64,000 nucleotides of DNA from the human T2T-CHM13v2.0 reference genome, Homo sapiens, in the NCBI RefSeq assembly GCF_009914755.1, contig NC_060944.1; one strand, written 5' to 3'. Position numbers and translations under genes: made by a program. This document shows, piece by piece, positions 12,735 to 26,413 of the stretch (position 1 is its first letter; each line of letters begins with the position of its first letter). The notes under the pieces were generated by a model. The model searched no databases. It worked only from the letters and a program-made list of their open reading frames with translations, and had not been told where the DNA came from.

Positions 12735-13302
12735 TAGACATTTTGACATCAGGACACAAAAAGCTTCCTCATTTTTTAATGGCTTCTATGTATTTATGAC
12801 TAATTGAATCAATTTTCCATTGATGGCATTTAGGTAGTTTCTAAGCTTTTCCTCCTGTAAATAATGTTGCAAGGAAAATCTTGTACATACACTGCATTGC
12901 ATATTTGTAAGTACATCTGTAGAATAGTTTTCTAGAAGTAGAATTGCTGACTTCAAGGAAATATGCATCTTAATTTTGACAGCCAGGTGCTCCACAGCAA
13001 TGGTGCTCCATGGAGTTTGTCTCAATTATGCCCCTGTAAGCAATGTATGAAAGTACCTGTTTCCATGCATCTTTGCTAATGAAGTTTGTAGTCACCTCAT
13101 TTGTCTCTGAAACTTAAAGCAAAATATGTAAAAAGCACAAGGACAAATATTTTGGTAGTATTATAAGTGATGGACTCTCCTTTTGTCTTTTCTTTTTAGC
13201 TTTTGTAAGATTTTCAAATTAACAGGAAAAAAAATCAAATTATAGAACAGTATTTATACTATACCACCATTGGTGTAAAAAGGGTTAGGAAAAGAATAAA
13301 AG

Positions 13303-13927
13303 TATGTATGTATGTATGTATGTATGATGTATGTATGATGTATGTATGTATGATGTATGTATGATGTATGTATGTATGATGTATGTATGATGTATGTATG
13401 ATGTATGTATGTATGATGTATGTATGATGTATGTATGATGTATGATGTATGTATGTATGTATGATGTATGTATGTATGATGTATGTATGATGTATGTATG
13501 ATGTATGATGTATGTATGTATGTATGATGTATGTATGTATGATGTATGTGTGTATGATGTATGTATGTATGTATGATGTATGTATGTATGTATGATGTAT
13601 GTATGTATGTATGATGTATGTATGTATGTATGATGTATGTATGTATGATGTATGTATGTATGTATGTATGATGTATGTATGTATGTATGATGTATGTGTG
13701 TATGTATGATGTATGTGTGTATGTATGATGTATGTGTGTATGTATGATGTATGTGTGTATGTATGTATGATGTATGTATGTATGTATGTATGATGTATGT
13801 ATGTATGTATGATGTATGTGTGTATGATGTATGTATGTATGTATGATGTATGATGTATGTATGATGTATGTATGTATGTATGTATGTATGATGTACGTAT
13901 GTATGTATGTATGCATGTATGTATGTA
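13303..13927. repeat. Compound (TATG)n-ATG tandem repeat / VNTR
   Basis: ~625 bp of TATG runs punctuated by ATG with occasional TGTG variants. Confidence 0.98.
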
Positions 13928-15019
13928 TAAGCTTAATCATCCTTTAGGAGTCCAGGTAACATACAGACTGTCACGAATCAGAGATACATTTCCCTACAGC
14001 ATGCTTTATTTAGGAATGGCAAGGGCCTATGCAATTAAAACACTCAGATGCAGCAGAGAGGCCTGGGGAGTCATGGTGGCTCCACAGGTGCTGTCACCTA
14101 GAAAGCCTTTCTTTTGGTGAAATTACAGAACTGTGAAGCATTTCCATTATAGACCTGGATACTGCCCATGCCTAGCCTACTTGAACTCCTGGGAGCTCCC
14201 CCTCCTGAGTGATTCAGGGTTCTATTTACGATGGGCTATCCTAAGCCAGGACTGCCTTCTAATGGCCCTTCAGAGATAATGCCTCTTCCTCCTACAAATA
14301 TCAGTTAAGTCTGTTTATCTTGAGGTCCAGATGACTTGGAAGTTAGACTAGATTCCCTGCCTTTCTCCTGGGGACATGTCCCCTAAAAAAAAAAAAATCC
14401 AAAAGTGAGTGGATTTCAAGTAGCCAACTTAATCCTTCCTTTTAGAAGGATACACAACAGTATTTTAGGGGTGCAGGAGAGCTGAGATCAGGATAAGATG
14501 GAGATTTTAAAGTGAATTTTTTTGGGGCCATGTAAGTGTATTACTTATTTTAAAATGATTACATAACTATAATTAACAAAAGTAATAAAGTAGAAGCCTG
14601 CAATTTATAACCAATACCACAAGATATTTCTGGATTCCAATTGTATCTATATTCATGGAAAATGCTTCTATGCATGGCTAATCTAATTTTGGTAATGGAG
14701 TATTTGGCATAGAGAAGATTGGGACCGAGGAGGAGAATGTGACAAGATTAAAATCCTTGGGAACATTATAGATTCTTGTGTTTGGTTTTGGATCTCTGCC
14801 TAATCAAAGCCTTTTTTTTTCCCCTCCTGAAATATATTAGTGGATTTTATACGCTTTTTGAATGTATTAATGACATTACCATTTTTAAGTTTGCCCATTG
14901 TATTTGTAACTGTGCTTTCTGACGTAATGGAAAGGCTTCAGGACATCACCATATTAATCCTGTCTTTGTTACTTTATGGCCTTAAGAAAGACAAAACTTT
15001 TTTGTCTCGGGTGCAGATA

Positions 15020-15150
15020 TAGTATGGGATGATGAGGAAAGCCAGACAGACCTAGGATTTAGGCTGGACTTGGCCTGCCCTTGCTATTTATGTGACTCAA
15101 CTTCTCTGAGTTTCACTAACCTGATCCCCATCTGTAAAATGGGACTATCC
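15020..15150 (+). mobile_element. MIR fragment
   Basis: cagacagacctaggatt...aacttctctgagtttc...catctgtaaaatggg. Confidence 0.7.
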
Positions 15151-15880
15151 GTGCCAACTGTTTTAGCCTACATTCCCTAGAAAACAAAGCCTATGGCCAG
15201 GATGAAACCATCAATATTTAATTTGGGGGGTAGGAGGGCAAAAATCTGGAGCAGCAAGTAAGAGAAAGAAGAAACATGAGGCAAAAGGATATAGAGAGGC
15301 GTGGTAATCAGCAGCTGTATCCACTTGGCACAAGATTTCCTGGATGGTTAAAAAGATAATCCATGCATCCAAGGAGGAAAAGGGAATACAATTGGCTGAG
15401 CTTCACACATCTCTTTCCCACTGGCCGGAGTTTGCCTCCGTGGACTTTACCTCCCTGCACCATCTAGTGACATCCTTTGGCCCCTTCAGCTGCATCTTGG
15501 AATGCCATATGCCAAGTCCTGTGGTGTGACATTTCACTGAAGTCCTTGAGTGGCTGGAGGAGTCAGAACTCCAGATGAGTCTGCCTGGCTGCTTTGTGGT
15601 GGCCAAAAGGGAAGTTCCAGCATTCATGGGACAAGTAACCGTCAGCCCCAGGAGGTGGGCGTGAGCCGGAGCAGAGTTGGCATTGTGTGGAAGTGGCTGA
15701 GACAGAGAGTAGCTGAGGTTCTGGAAGGTGGCTGGTGCCCAGAGAATTGTGGACATGTATAATAACATTTGCATCCAATATACCCAGCTTCCTTTGTGTG
15801 TGTGTATAATGGCTAAATAAAATAAACTATTTCATACCTCATATATAGAGGTACTCAACAATGCTAGTTCCTTCAAATGC

Positions 15881-16298
15881 TGTTTGGTGAGAGGCCCGTC
15901 TATAAAAGCAGCCACCAAATGCCAAAGGAGCGAAGAAACCAAAGAATGAGGCAAACAAATCTAGTTTATTGGTAAAAGATATTTTATTGGGGGAACTTAC
16001 AGACTGAAGCAGTGGTCTTGGGTGGCCACAGGACACCTTTACTCCCAGACCCAGGGCTCATATACCATACAGAAATGTATAAATGCTCTGTACAAGGCAA
16101 TTAAAGGCAACCCTCCAGAACAGGCAAGAATACTGTGTGCACCATAGCCTATAATTTGTGCAATAACATCAAGGATGACATATTCTTAACTAGGGACAGT
16201 AAATAAAGTAGGAATCAGGAGGCATTCTCAGGACTGGGAGTAATCAGAAGTCAACATGGTGGATTAGCATCCAAGATGCAGTCACTTTTGTCTCCATA
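15881..16298 (-). mobile_element. ERVL solo LTR (LTR47-like)
   Basis: Reverse complement starts t(a)tggagacaaaagtgactgcatcttggatgctaatcc, has TATA and AATAAA; flanks AATGC / AATGG resemble a 5-bp TSD. Confidence 0.75.
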
Positions 16299-16431
16299 AA
16301 TGGATACAACAGCTATTGTAATTTTTTATTAGGGATACAATTAAAACTAAGAATATATTAGGTATGTTTTCTTTGAACATTCCAGAAAACTCCTCTAGTA
16401 ATCACCTAGTTTTAATAATTAGCAATGTTTT

Positions 16432-17022
16432 CTACACCTCCATCTTTATTGCAGCACTATTCACAATAGCCAAGATATGGAATCAATCTAAGTGTCCATC
16501 AACAGATTAAGAAAATGTGGTGTATGTATACACAATGGAATATTGTTCAGTCATGAAGAAGAATGAAATCCTGTCATTCAAAGCAATATGGATAAGGCTG
16601 GAGGACATATGCTAAGTGAAGTAAGTCAGGCATATGCTAAGAAAAATAAATACCATATGTCCTCACTCATACGTGGGAGCTTAAAAAAGCTGAGCTCATA
16701 GAAGCAGAGAATAGAATTGTGGTTATTAGAAGCTGGGAAAGGTAAAGGGTAGAGGAAGGGGAGAGATAATGGATACAAAATTACAGCTAGATAGGAGGAA
16801 TGAGTTCTAGTGTTCTACAGCACTGTAGGGTGATATAGTTAACAATATAGTGTATGTTTTCAAATAGGTAGAAGAGGATTTTGAATGTTCTCAGCATAAA
16901 GAAATGATAAACATTTGAGGCAATGGATATGTTAATTACCTTGATTTGATTACTACATATTGTGTATAGGTATCAAAATACACTATACACTATATTGACA
17001 ATTATTATTCAGTTTTTAAAAA
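16432..17022 (+). mobile_element. L1MA 3' end
   Basis: tttattgcagcactattcacaatagccaagatatggaatcaa... and L1MA-type 3'UTR. Confidence 0.9.
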
Positions 17023-18724
17023 GGAATAATAATTAGCCATATTGTTATTCTTGCTTTGTTAATATCTCCCTTCACATTGCTTTTGCTACAAATTTTAAAG
17101 CAAATTCTTGGTGTAATAGTTTTTTAACAACAAAAAATTCAGAGCTTATTACTAACAAATAAGGACTTTTTAAACAAATAAAATCACCTTGGTATTATCA
17201 TATCTAGTAAAATGAACAAAATTTATTCAAGATTTGGGGGATTTTTTGTTTTGTTTTGCTTTATTCTCCACAGATAATGTGTCTTCCTATCAATGCAGAA
17301 ATAGATGATCACAAGGGAGGAGAAATGTCCCAGGAGGGCAGACACCAGTACAAAAGGGTCTCTATTGCCTTCCCTTTCCCTCCTTTTTCTACCTCCTCTA
17401 CCTGTAGTTCCATCTCAGCCTGCTGAGCCACGACCATCTCTTCAACCACAATTGACTCTTTTGCCTCCACTAAATGCTGCTTACGTGGCTCCTGTCCATT
17501 CAGCTCCCATGACCGCCACCTCTGCCCCTTTTTGCTTCACTTTTTCACTGGTATAACTTCCACATTTTGGCGGCCAATTTGACTACACAGTCACTTAGCT
17601 TCAGGAGATCAAGTAATCTCATTACCTACAAGAGACTTAAGCCTAGTCAGGTCCATCTATTACATAATAGAAGACACTCAGGTTTGGGAAAGTTAAACAA
17701 ATTATTCAGCTCTTTCCATTAGGTATATAAGATTATACTTTTTTCTCTTATGTAGATTTTTTGCCTGAATCCAGCACTTTAGCCCCTCAATATCATGTTA
17801 AAGCTTGGCTTTGTGCTTGTACAGATATTCTTCCTAGCTTAGCTTCATCAAAAATTTTTCTAAGCCTGCTTTTTATATTTTCAACCAGGATTTGTTAAGA
17901 ATATTCAGAAGCCTAAAGTAGTTAGTCCACCTGAGACCTTTTTTGAGGATACCATCTGGTCATTTGTTCTGATGGTTCAATCCGAATTGCTTAATGCTGT
18001 CTGATATTCAGATCACCCCGGTTTCTTAAACATGTCTTCTAACTGTTGATATGATCAGGTTATAAGGTTGACACATTGTTTTTGGTTGATGTGTCTATAA
18101 ATTTTAGCAATAACAGATCCTCTTTCCATACCCCACAATTCTATATCGTTTATGTTTTGAAGAAATGTGCCAATTTGTCCTGTAGAAGTTTCTCAGTTTT
18201 AATTAATATCATGTCGTCAAATCCACTTCCATCTTTCACTCCTGGCAACTATGACCTGTTACTGGTTGGTATAGTTTTGTTTAACAGAATGTCATATAAA
18301 TGGAATCATAATATGTAGACTTTTAAGTTTGGCATGTTTCATATAACATAACGCATTTGCGATTCATCCATGTTGCTGTGCGTATCGGTAGTTTGCCGAA
18401 TATACTCCATTGCTTGTGTATCTATTCTCTAGTTAAGGAACATTTAGTTTATTTCTAGTTTTTGGCAATTGTGAATAAAGCTACTACATACATTTGAGTA
18501 GAGGGTTTGGTGTGAATTTACGTTTTCATTTGATTTGAATGGAATTTCTCTGTCCAATAATAAAGGCATGTTTAACTTTATAGAAAACTGCCAGTAGGAA
18601 GTACCATTTTGTATTCCCATGAGCAATGGATGAAAATTTCAGTTGTTCCACATCCTCATCGGCAATTGGAATTGTCGGGATTTTATTTTGTTTTAGTATT
18701 TTAGTTATTGTAATACGAATGTAT

Positions 18725-19590
18725 ATAAAGGACTATTATTCTAGCATAAAATGAAAGAATCGATACATGGTACAACATGGATGAAAAAGCATTATGCTAA
18801 GCAAAACAAGCCAGAAGACGCAAAAGGACAAACATTGTAGGATTTCACCTTTATGAAATAGCTACAGCAGGCAAATTCATAAAGACAGAAGGTAGATTAG
18901 AGGTTACTGGAGGTGTCTGTCCTCTGTGCATCTACAGTTTCATTCTCAGCCTCAGCACTCTCCCAACAGGCCACAGCCACAATACCAATGTCATAGAATT
19001 GGTCACTCCCGGGGGTAAAAGGGTGGAGTTTGCCCCACTTAGGGAGGATGAGTAATGTTTTTCATCATTTTAAAAAACAGTTTCTGAAAAACTGATAGAA
19101 CATTAAGGTGACCATAAAAACTCTAAATGTTCAGTTCTCTGATGTGAGCAAGAAAACATGCTACACATTTACAGGTAATATATAAGGTATTTAGGAAGTC
19201 TTTTATTTTGTTGCTGCTGCTGCTGCTGTTTTTAAAGTACAAATGTGCAGTTCAGCTTAAGGTGTGTGAAAACTGAGCAGCCTTTTCTTTATTGGTAAGT
19301 AAAATAATAAATAGCAGGTAACCAAACAAGAGAAAACATGTTTAAGAAATATACACGCATAGATATATACACAAGTTTTATTTTTAAATAAGTTTAGACT
19401 TACCGGCATACAGTTCCTATTTGGGGTGATACATAAGTTTAGCAACTAGATATCAGTAATACTTGCACCATATTTTCAATATAATTAATGGTGCTAAATT
19501 GTATACTTAAAAGCTATTCAAATGGCAAATTTTGTGTTATATATATATTTACCGTAATTTAAAAGTAATTATAAAAATCTAAAAACAAAA
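18725..19590 (+). mobile_element. L1MB 3' end, split by a duplicated segment
   Basis: aaggacaaacattgtaggatttcac...agacagaaggtagattagaggtta | insert | ggcatacagttcctatttggggtgat...aattgtatacttaaaa. Confidence 0.7.
18906..19403 (+). repeat. Local duplication copy A (498 bp)
   Basis: Aligns by eye, with scattered substitutions and small indels, to 21322-21857. Confidence 0.97.
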
Positions 19591-19650
19591 ATAGATTTTT
19601 CAGATCAATTTTGATCAATTTTAGGAAGACAGTAAAAGGAAAGAATTGTT

Positions 19651-19961
<311 letters not shown>

Positions 19962-20862
19962 CTAAGGTTTCATGCACTGTTGGACTGCACTATCAAGATA
20001 GAACTCAAAGGAAAAGAGAAAAAGGAGTATAGGAAGAAGTGGGAGACATTCACTGGGTTTTGATGACATTGAATTTGAGATTGTTACAGGCTATTGGTAA
20101 CATGATTATGGAAATCCATTTGAAAATCATTAGCATTTAGCGTTAGCTGAAAAAACTAGAATGATAATTAAAAATCGAGATGATTTTAGGAAAAGTTAAC
20201 CTCCTCTCCCAGTCTAATAAGTTTGGTTACATTATACAAAAAAAAAAAAAAAAAAAAATCAGATGGAAAACAGCTCCCTTCTTACAGTAGTCATAATTCT
20301 TTTCTTGACTTTTCTCAAAATGGAAAAATTAGGGTCAACATTGTTGTGCCACTTCATAGCAACAATCTAATTTGGTTTTCTTTTGTTTATTGCCAAAAAC
20401 TTAATTAGATACATAATCCACGGTCATTATTTGTCTATTAACTCCAGGGGACAATAGGCTTTTGAAGGCCGGTTTAGAGAATCAACTTACGTGCCCTTGT
20501 GCCTTCTGTGTGAGTGGGGATTGTTGCTAAGACCCCTAGATACATATCAACAGAAAAGATTAATGGGCTTTACCCTGGAATGACCTCACTGTGATAGCAT
20601 CCCAAGCCAAGGTTCAAATGAGGTAACACATGACCTTAGTATAGTTTAAAGCTCTATATAAATGTTATTTATTATTATTATTGTTATAATAAACTTAGGC
20701 TGGGTCAGTGGAACAGCTTGTATCTTTAGCAAAACCATCTTAAAAGGAAGCTTAGTAGTGTGAAGACTCTATGTGTGTGATACTAGCAGGTTTCTCTAAG
20801 GACTAAATGTCTCTGACATAGTTCCTTAACTAGTACCTGAACAAACTGCGCCATTAGTGTAT

Positions 20863-21077
20863 TGAGGGATCTTCAGCCTCAGCAATAATAACATTTTGGA
20901 CCAGATAGTTCTTTGTGTGGTGGGTTGTTCTGCGCATTGTAAGATGTTTACTAGCATCCTTGGCCTCTACCCACTAGATGCCAGTTCCACCTTCCCAGTC
21001 CTGACAATCAAAACCATCTGCAAATATTGAGAAATATTTCCTGGAGGTCCAAATTGCCTCCTGCTGAAATACCTCTG
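20863..21077 (+). mobile_element. MER20 hAT DNA transposon
   Basis: acattttggaccagatagttctttgt...cattgtaagatgttta...ggcctctacccactagatgccagt. Confidence 0.9.
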
Positions 21078-21321
21078 TAGACATTTACATCTTGTCTCAT
21101 TTATAACAGAGATAAATAGTATTCAAGAGCAATGCTCCAATTGTTATGTAATCGGACTATTGACCTTCAGAGATGCTGAATGAGAGATGTTTAACTACTG
21201 GAGAGCAAGAAAGTTGTTCAAAGTGCAGCAGTTGATACCAGAACACCTATCAGCACAGGGTGCAATTGGAGCAATCCAATGGAGCTATTATGTAGGGTGA
21301 TCAGGTCAAGATTTTCTCACC

Positions 21322-21857
21322 ACTGGAGGCGTCTGTCCTCTCTGCATCTACAGTTTCATTCTCAGCTTCAGCACTCTCCCAACAGGCCACACACAGTCAC
21401 AATACCAGTGTCATAGAATTGGTCACTCAAGGTGGGGAAAAGGGTGGAGTTTGCCCCACTTAGGGAGAGATCAGTAACATTTTTCATCATTTTATAAAAC
21501 AGTTTCTGAAAAACTGATAGAACATTAAGGCGACCACAAAAATAAAAACTGATAGAACATTAAGGTGACCATAAAAACGCCAAACGTTCAGTTCTCTGAT
21601 GTGAGCAAGAAAACATGCTACACATTTACAGGTAATATATAAGGTATTTAGGAAATCTTTTATTTTGTTGTTGCTGCTGCTGTTTTTAAAGTACAAATGT
21701 GGAGTTCAGCATAAGGCGTGTGAAAACTGAGCAACCTTTTCTGTACTGGTAAGTAAAATAATAAATAGAAGGTAACTAAACAAGAGAAAACATGTTTAAT
21801 AAATATACATGCATAGATATATACATAAGTTTTATTTTTGAATAAGTTTAGACTTAC
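21322..21857 (+). repeat. Local duplication copy B (536 bp, with internal 35-bp tandem duplication)
   Basis: See copy A; aaaactgatagaacattaagg..gacca occurs twice, 35 bp apart. Confidence 0.97.
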
Positions 21858-22810
21858 AGAAATGTAAAAATAATACATGTATAGTTCCCACGTGGCCCCT
21901 CATCAGTTTCCTCTGATGTTAACATCTTGTAATCATCAACACAAGGATATTAATATTGATACAATATTATTAACAAAGTTACCTTATTTGAAGTTCACCA
22001 GTTTTTCCAGTAGTGTTTGTTTTTCTGTTCCCAAATCTAATTCGAGGTCCTACATTGCATTTAGTTGTCATGTCCACTTGGTCTCCTCCAATATGTAACA
22101 TTTCCTCAGTCTATCCTTGTTTTTATGGTCTTGGCAGGTAGATGGTTCCTCCATTTGGGTTGATGTGATTTTTTTTCTCAGGATTAGGTTGAGGTTCTGC
22201 ATTTTTGGCAAGAATACCACAGATGTGATGCTGTACCTTTCTCAGTGCAGCCTATGAGGTGGTTCATGAAGAAAATGTATCATATTATCAGTGAATGTTA
22301 TCCTCGTTCCCTTAGTGAAGGTGGTACCTGCCAGCTTCTACACTGTAATGGTAATATTTTTCTATTTATATTTTATTAATATCTTGGAGAAGACACTTTG
22401 AGACTATGCATATATCTAGCTTCTCAAACTTTTGCCTACAAAGTTTAGTATTTTATCAGCGGATCTTGCCTACAACCATTATTTTTCTGGTACTTGCCTA
22501 GAAAGATTGTCCATTTCCTTCATTCCTTCTACATTCATTAATTAGAATTCTTCTCTAAGTAGAGCTTTCCACACGCCCACCCTCCATTTATTTATATCTT
22601 CCAATAATTACTCTCTCAGCATGAGTGCATGGATATTTCTTACTTCTCTTCTATCATTATTTGTTTAGTTGTACAGATTGTGCTAGTTTGGCTGTTGGGT
22701 GCCTTTTCGAGTTGTGCCTGTGTCTATGTGACATGCCCACACCCTTTTCTGAGCATCTCTTGCTTTCTGGCACCTTCAGAGGTTCCAGGCTCATCTTGTA
22801 TTTTTAAAAC
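21830..22810 (-). mobile_element. L1MC4/5-type 3' UTR
   Basis: tttagacttacagaaa...ctgatgttaacatctt...tacattgcatttagttgtcatgtc...tttttggcaagaataccacaga. Confidence 0.8.
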
Positions 22811-22931
22811 TAAATCTTCTCTTTTTTTTAATTTAAAAATGCATATTGAAAGGGTTTTCATGCAGTAAATAAAAAAGAACTAGGATTTACAAAAGCCAAG
22901 TAATTATCCTAAAAAAAAATGACAATTTTGA

Positions 22932-23230
22932 GGCTGGGTGTGGTGGCGCATGCCTGTAATCCGAGCACTTTGGGAGGCCGAGGCGGGTGGATCACCTGAG
23001 GTCAGGCGTTCAAGACCAACCTGGCCAACATGGTGAAACCCCATCTCTACCAAAAAATACAAAAGTTAGCCGGTGTGGTGGTGCTCGCTTGTAGTCCTAG
23101 TTGCTCGGGAGACTGAGCGGGATCGCTTGAACCCAGGAGGCGGAGGATGCAGTGAGCCAAGATCGCGCCACTGCAGTCCAGCCTAGGCGACAGAATGAGA
23201 CCCTGTCTCAAATAATAATAATAATAATAA
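22932..23230 (+). mobile_element. AluSx-like with (AAT)n tail
   Basis: Full dimer; TSD aattttga. Confidence 0.97.
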
Positions 23231-25876
23231 TTTTGAAAGAGAAGTGGTAGATTTGGGGAGGAAAATATGAAGAGAACCTACAGAAGGACAGTGCAAATGT
23301 GCAAGAAACAGTTTAATCTGGGAAGAGGAACAAGTGAGAGCAGAGAGAAATAATTTTTACAAAAAATTTAAATATCATTAAAGCACAGTAAATGAAAAAA
23401 GAAAATTAACCAGAAAAGAGAAGTACATTGATGTTTTTACAGCAAGGAGTAATTTAAATCTGAGTTAATATAACATTTGAGCCTTTTATAATGTTATAAT
23501 TAATATTCATTTGTACTATGATAACATTTATGAAAATTTGAGGAAATATCCAAGATTCCAATCTTGGGTTGCTCAGGGTCTCTTGATTTTAGAATTTGTT
23601 AAATTTGTGGACGGCTCCCTTCTCTGAGACAAAACCTACTTTGGCTAGATTTTTTTTTTAAATGAGATAAAGGAAGAAAAATGATCAGAAGACTTTATAA
23701 GCCCTGTCCTCCTTATCAATTACAATGCCAAGCCTTGGTTAGCCATTACCCGTTCTGGTTTTGGTCCCTTCCCTGAAGGTAGTGATCTTAAGTTCTAACT
23801 CTGGGCTCAAGCTGGTGTTGATCCCCCCAGTCGCCAGGGAATGGTGACTCCTGAGGTGGCTCTGCCCCTCTAACCATGTCCCTGCTGTTTCCACAGAAGC
23901 TCTGTGTTAGACAAGTTCTCCTCAGGGTAGGAATTGTGGGCTCTAGATGAAATCCAGTCCCACCAGAAACAAAGACATGCTACAGGGCATAAAAATAAAA
24001 ACAAAAGTCCTGGAACAGACTTGGTTGCACTTCCAATCAGTGGGGAAATGATGGCTTTTGTACTGGAAGATGTAATGTTATTAAACTGGATAAACAAAGT
24101 CAGATTTCTTCCTTACACTATATGATCAACTGAGTGTGAGTAGGTAATGGTTTTTAAAGAAGTACTGAAAAAAAAAAGGGACAAGTAAAATTTGCCTACC
24201 ACAAAATTGTGAGTTCCTGTTCAATGTAGGACATCATAGACAATTTTTGGGAGAAGTTAAATGTTCTTTCAAAAATGTTAAGATATTAATATCAATAATA
24301 TCCAAAGATATAAAGAAAAGAATAGGTACCCAATAGAAAAATGGGCAAAATATATGAATAAGGAATTCACAGTAGAAACAAAAATGACTAACAATTATAT
24401 GAAGATACACTTTACCACACTGGAAATCAGAATATTGAGATGTAACAGTAAAGACTTCAGCAAAGACAATCCCCCACAGGCATATATATCAAATATTGAT
24501 AAGGCTGTGGGGAAATGGGAAGCCCTTCTGCACTCAGGGTAGAAGTCTGGACAGTATCGTATACTGAAGAGAAATCATTACTTTGTGAAATCATATCTGT
24601 AAAATCCCTATAGTTTACAGATATGAAAATCCCTGAGAATATAAACCAGGAAAATTCCTGCATGAGGGTCATATGTAAAGGTGCTTTATGTAAACATTAC
24701 TTGTGGTACCAAGAGGAGGAGGCAACCTGGTTTTCTATCACCAGAAAAAATGGAAACAAAAAAGTGGGAATACTATGGACACACTAGTCACAAATAATTG
24801 GAAGTAGAAACAGTAAGGGGAAGAACCTAAGAAGAGCTTAGATGAAAATAAATAAGAAACCGAATGAAATTGAGAGTGAAACAGTGGGGGAGGGGAGAGT
24901 GTAACAAAATAGAGGGGCTTTGTATAAAATAAAGATCGTGTCCCAAGAATTGAGATATATGATTATTTTAACTCTGCACCCTGTAAACCCAAACCTAACA
25001 TTTCTGCATTTTTTCCTTTGTGCAGATATGCAACTTGTTTTATTTAATCTATGTGATGCCTCTGTGATGAATGAACATTAAGGTCAAGGCAAAAATAATT
25101 GTATATCCCATATACCTCCTGTTTTATACTCAGCACATTTATTTAAAAATAATTTTGAGTCACTTAGCCAGACCAAAAAACAATAAATTCAATTATAATG
25201 ATCAACACACATGCTTATAAATTTAAGATAAATTAGAAAACGATGTTATAGAAACGTATTCACTTAATCACATGGCCTTTCCTACAAGAATGAGTTAAGG
25301 TTCATATGTCTTTCAAAGTTTAACTGGTGTGCCTTTTTGATATTATGCCAAAATAACTTTAAAAGCAAAATTTTATTCTTATTTTATTTTTTCAGGGTAT
25401 TCTTATTAAATCTGATTATCACTCTTCTAATTGCTACTGAAACCAGGAAAAAAAAGCTCAGAAAAGATGTCATATATCTTCAAATTGTTTAAATAAAATT
25501 AATCACAGATAATTTTCACATTTTTATCTAAAAGAAGATATTATAAATATTGTTTCTGAAGCAACATATACCTTTGATGTGCTAAGAGGAAAATGAAAAT
25601 TGTTTCTAAAGTGAAGATAATGTAGGTTTCTAAGTGAAATAATGCATAAACATGTTTTATATTCGCTTTCACACCCTTCTTTTAAAGTCTAAATAAGAAA
25701 GCTTATAATTAATATATAAACTGCCCACATCACTCATTCTACTGCATACTGACCAAAAACAAAGAGAGAAAATCACATTCTATGGCATGTGGTTCCTGAG
25801 GTAAGATTGAATCCTCCCGGACAGGTGAGTTCTGAATCGCTTCCTGCTGATTGGTTCTAGCTGATTTTAATATTGT

Positions 25877-25894
25877 TGCCGCTAGATGGCGATA
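25877..25894 (+). promoter_or_regulatory. CTCF core motif
   Basis: TGCCGCTAGATGGCGATA, near-consensus with two retained CpGs. Confidence 0.75.
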
Positions 25895-26125
25895 GAGATT
25901 ATAACTACGCAGTCAAATCTTACATGCAGTGGAATCTTCTCAGTATTCCGTTATTCATGCACCGATTTATTTATTCTAAAGTATTCTTTATTATACAAAT
26001 ATAATTATGACTCAGATAACTGCAAGTTACTATGAATTCCTAGAGGACAGAAATCTTTTCTTTTTTTTTTTTTTGCAATTTTTAATACTTCACATAAGCA
26101 TAATATCTATATTTAAAATGATATT

Positions 26126-26413
26126 GCTGGGCGCGGTGACTTACGCTTGTAATACCAGCACTTTAGGAAGGCAAGGCAGGAGGATCGCTTGAGCTCAGGA
26201 GTTCGAGACCAGCCTGAGCAACAGAGTAAGACCGTCTCTACAGAAAAATTTAAAAATTAGCTGGAGCCTGGTGGTGAACACCTGTGTTCCCAGCTACTTG
26301 GGGGGCTGAGACAGGAGGATCGCCTGAGCCCAAGAGGTCGAGGCAGTAGTGCGCCACGATTACACCACTGCACTCCAGCCTAGGTGACAGTGTGAGATCC
26401 TGTCCCCCCAAAA
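26126..26413 (+). mobile_element. AluJ
   Basis: ggaggatcgcttgagctcaggagttcgag diagnostic J-type sequence. Confidence 0.93.

Noticed and set aside
13254-13940. 228-aa His/Thr/Tyr/Ile ORF
   Set aside because: The minus strand of the TATG repeat cannot contain stops; no promoter or splice context
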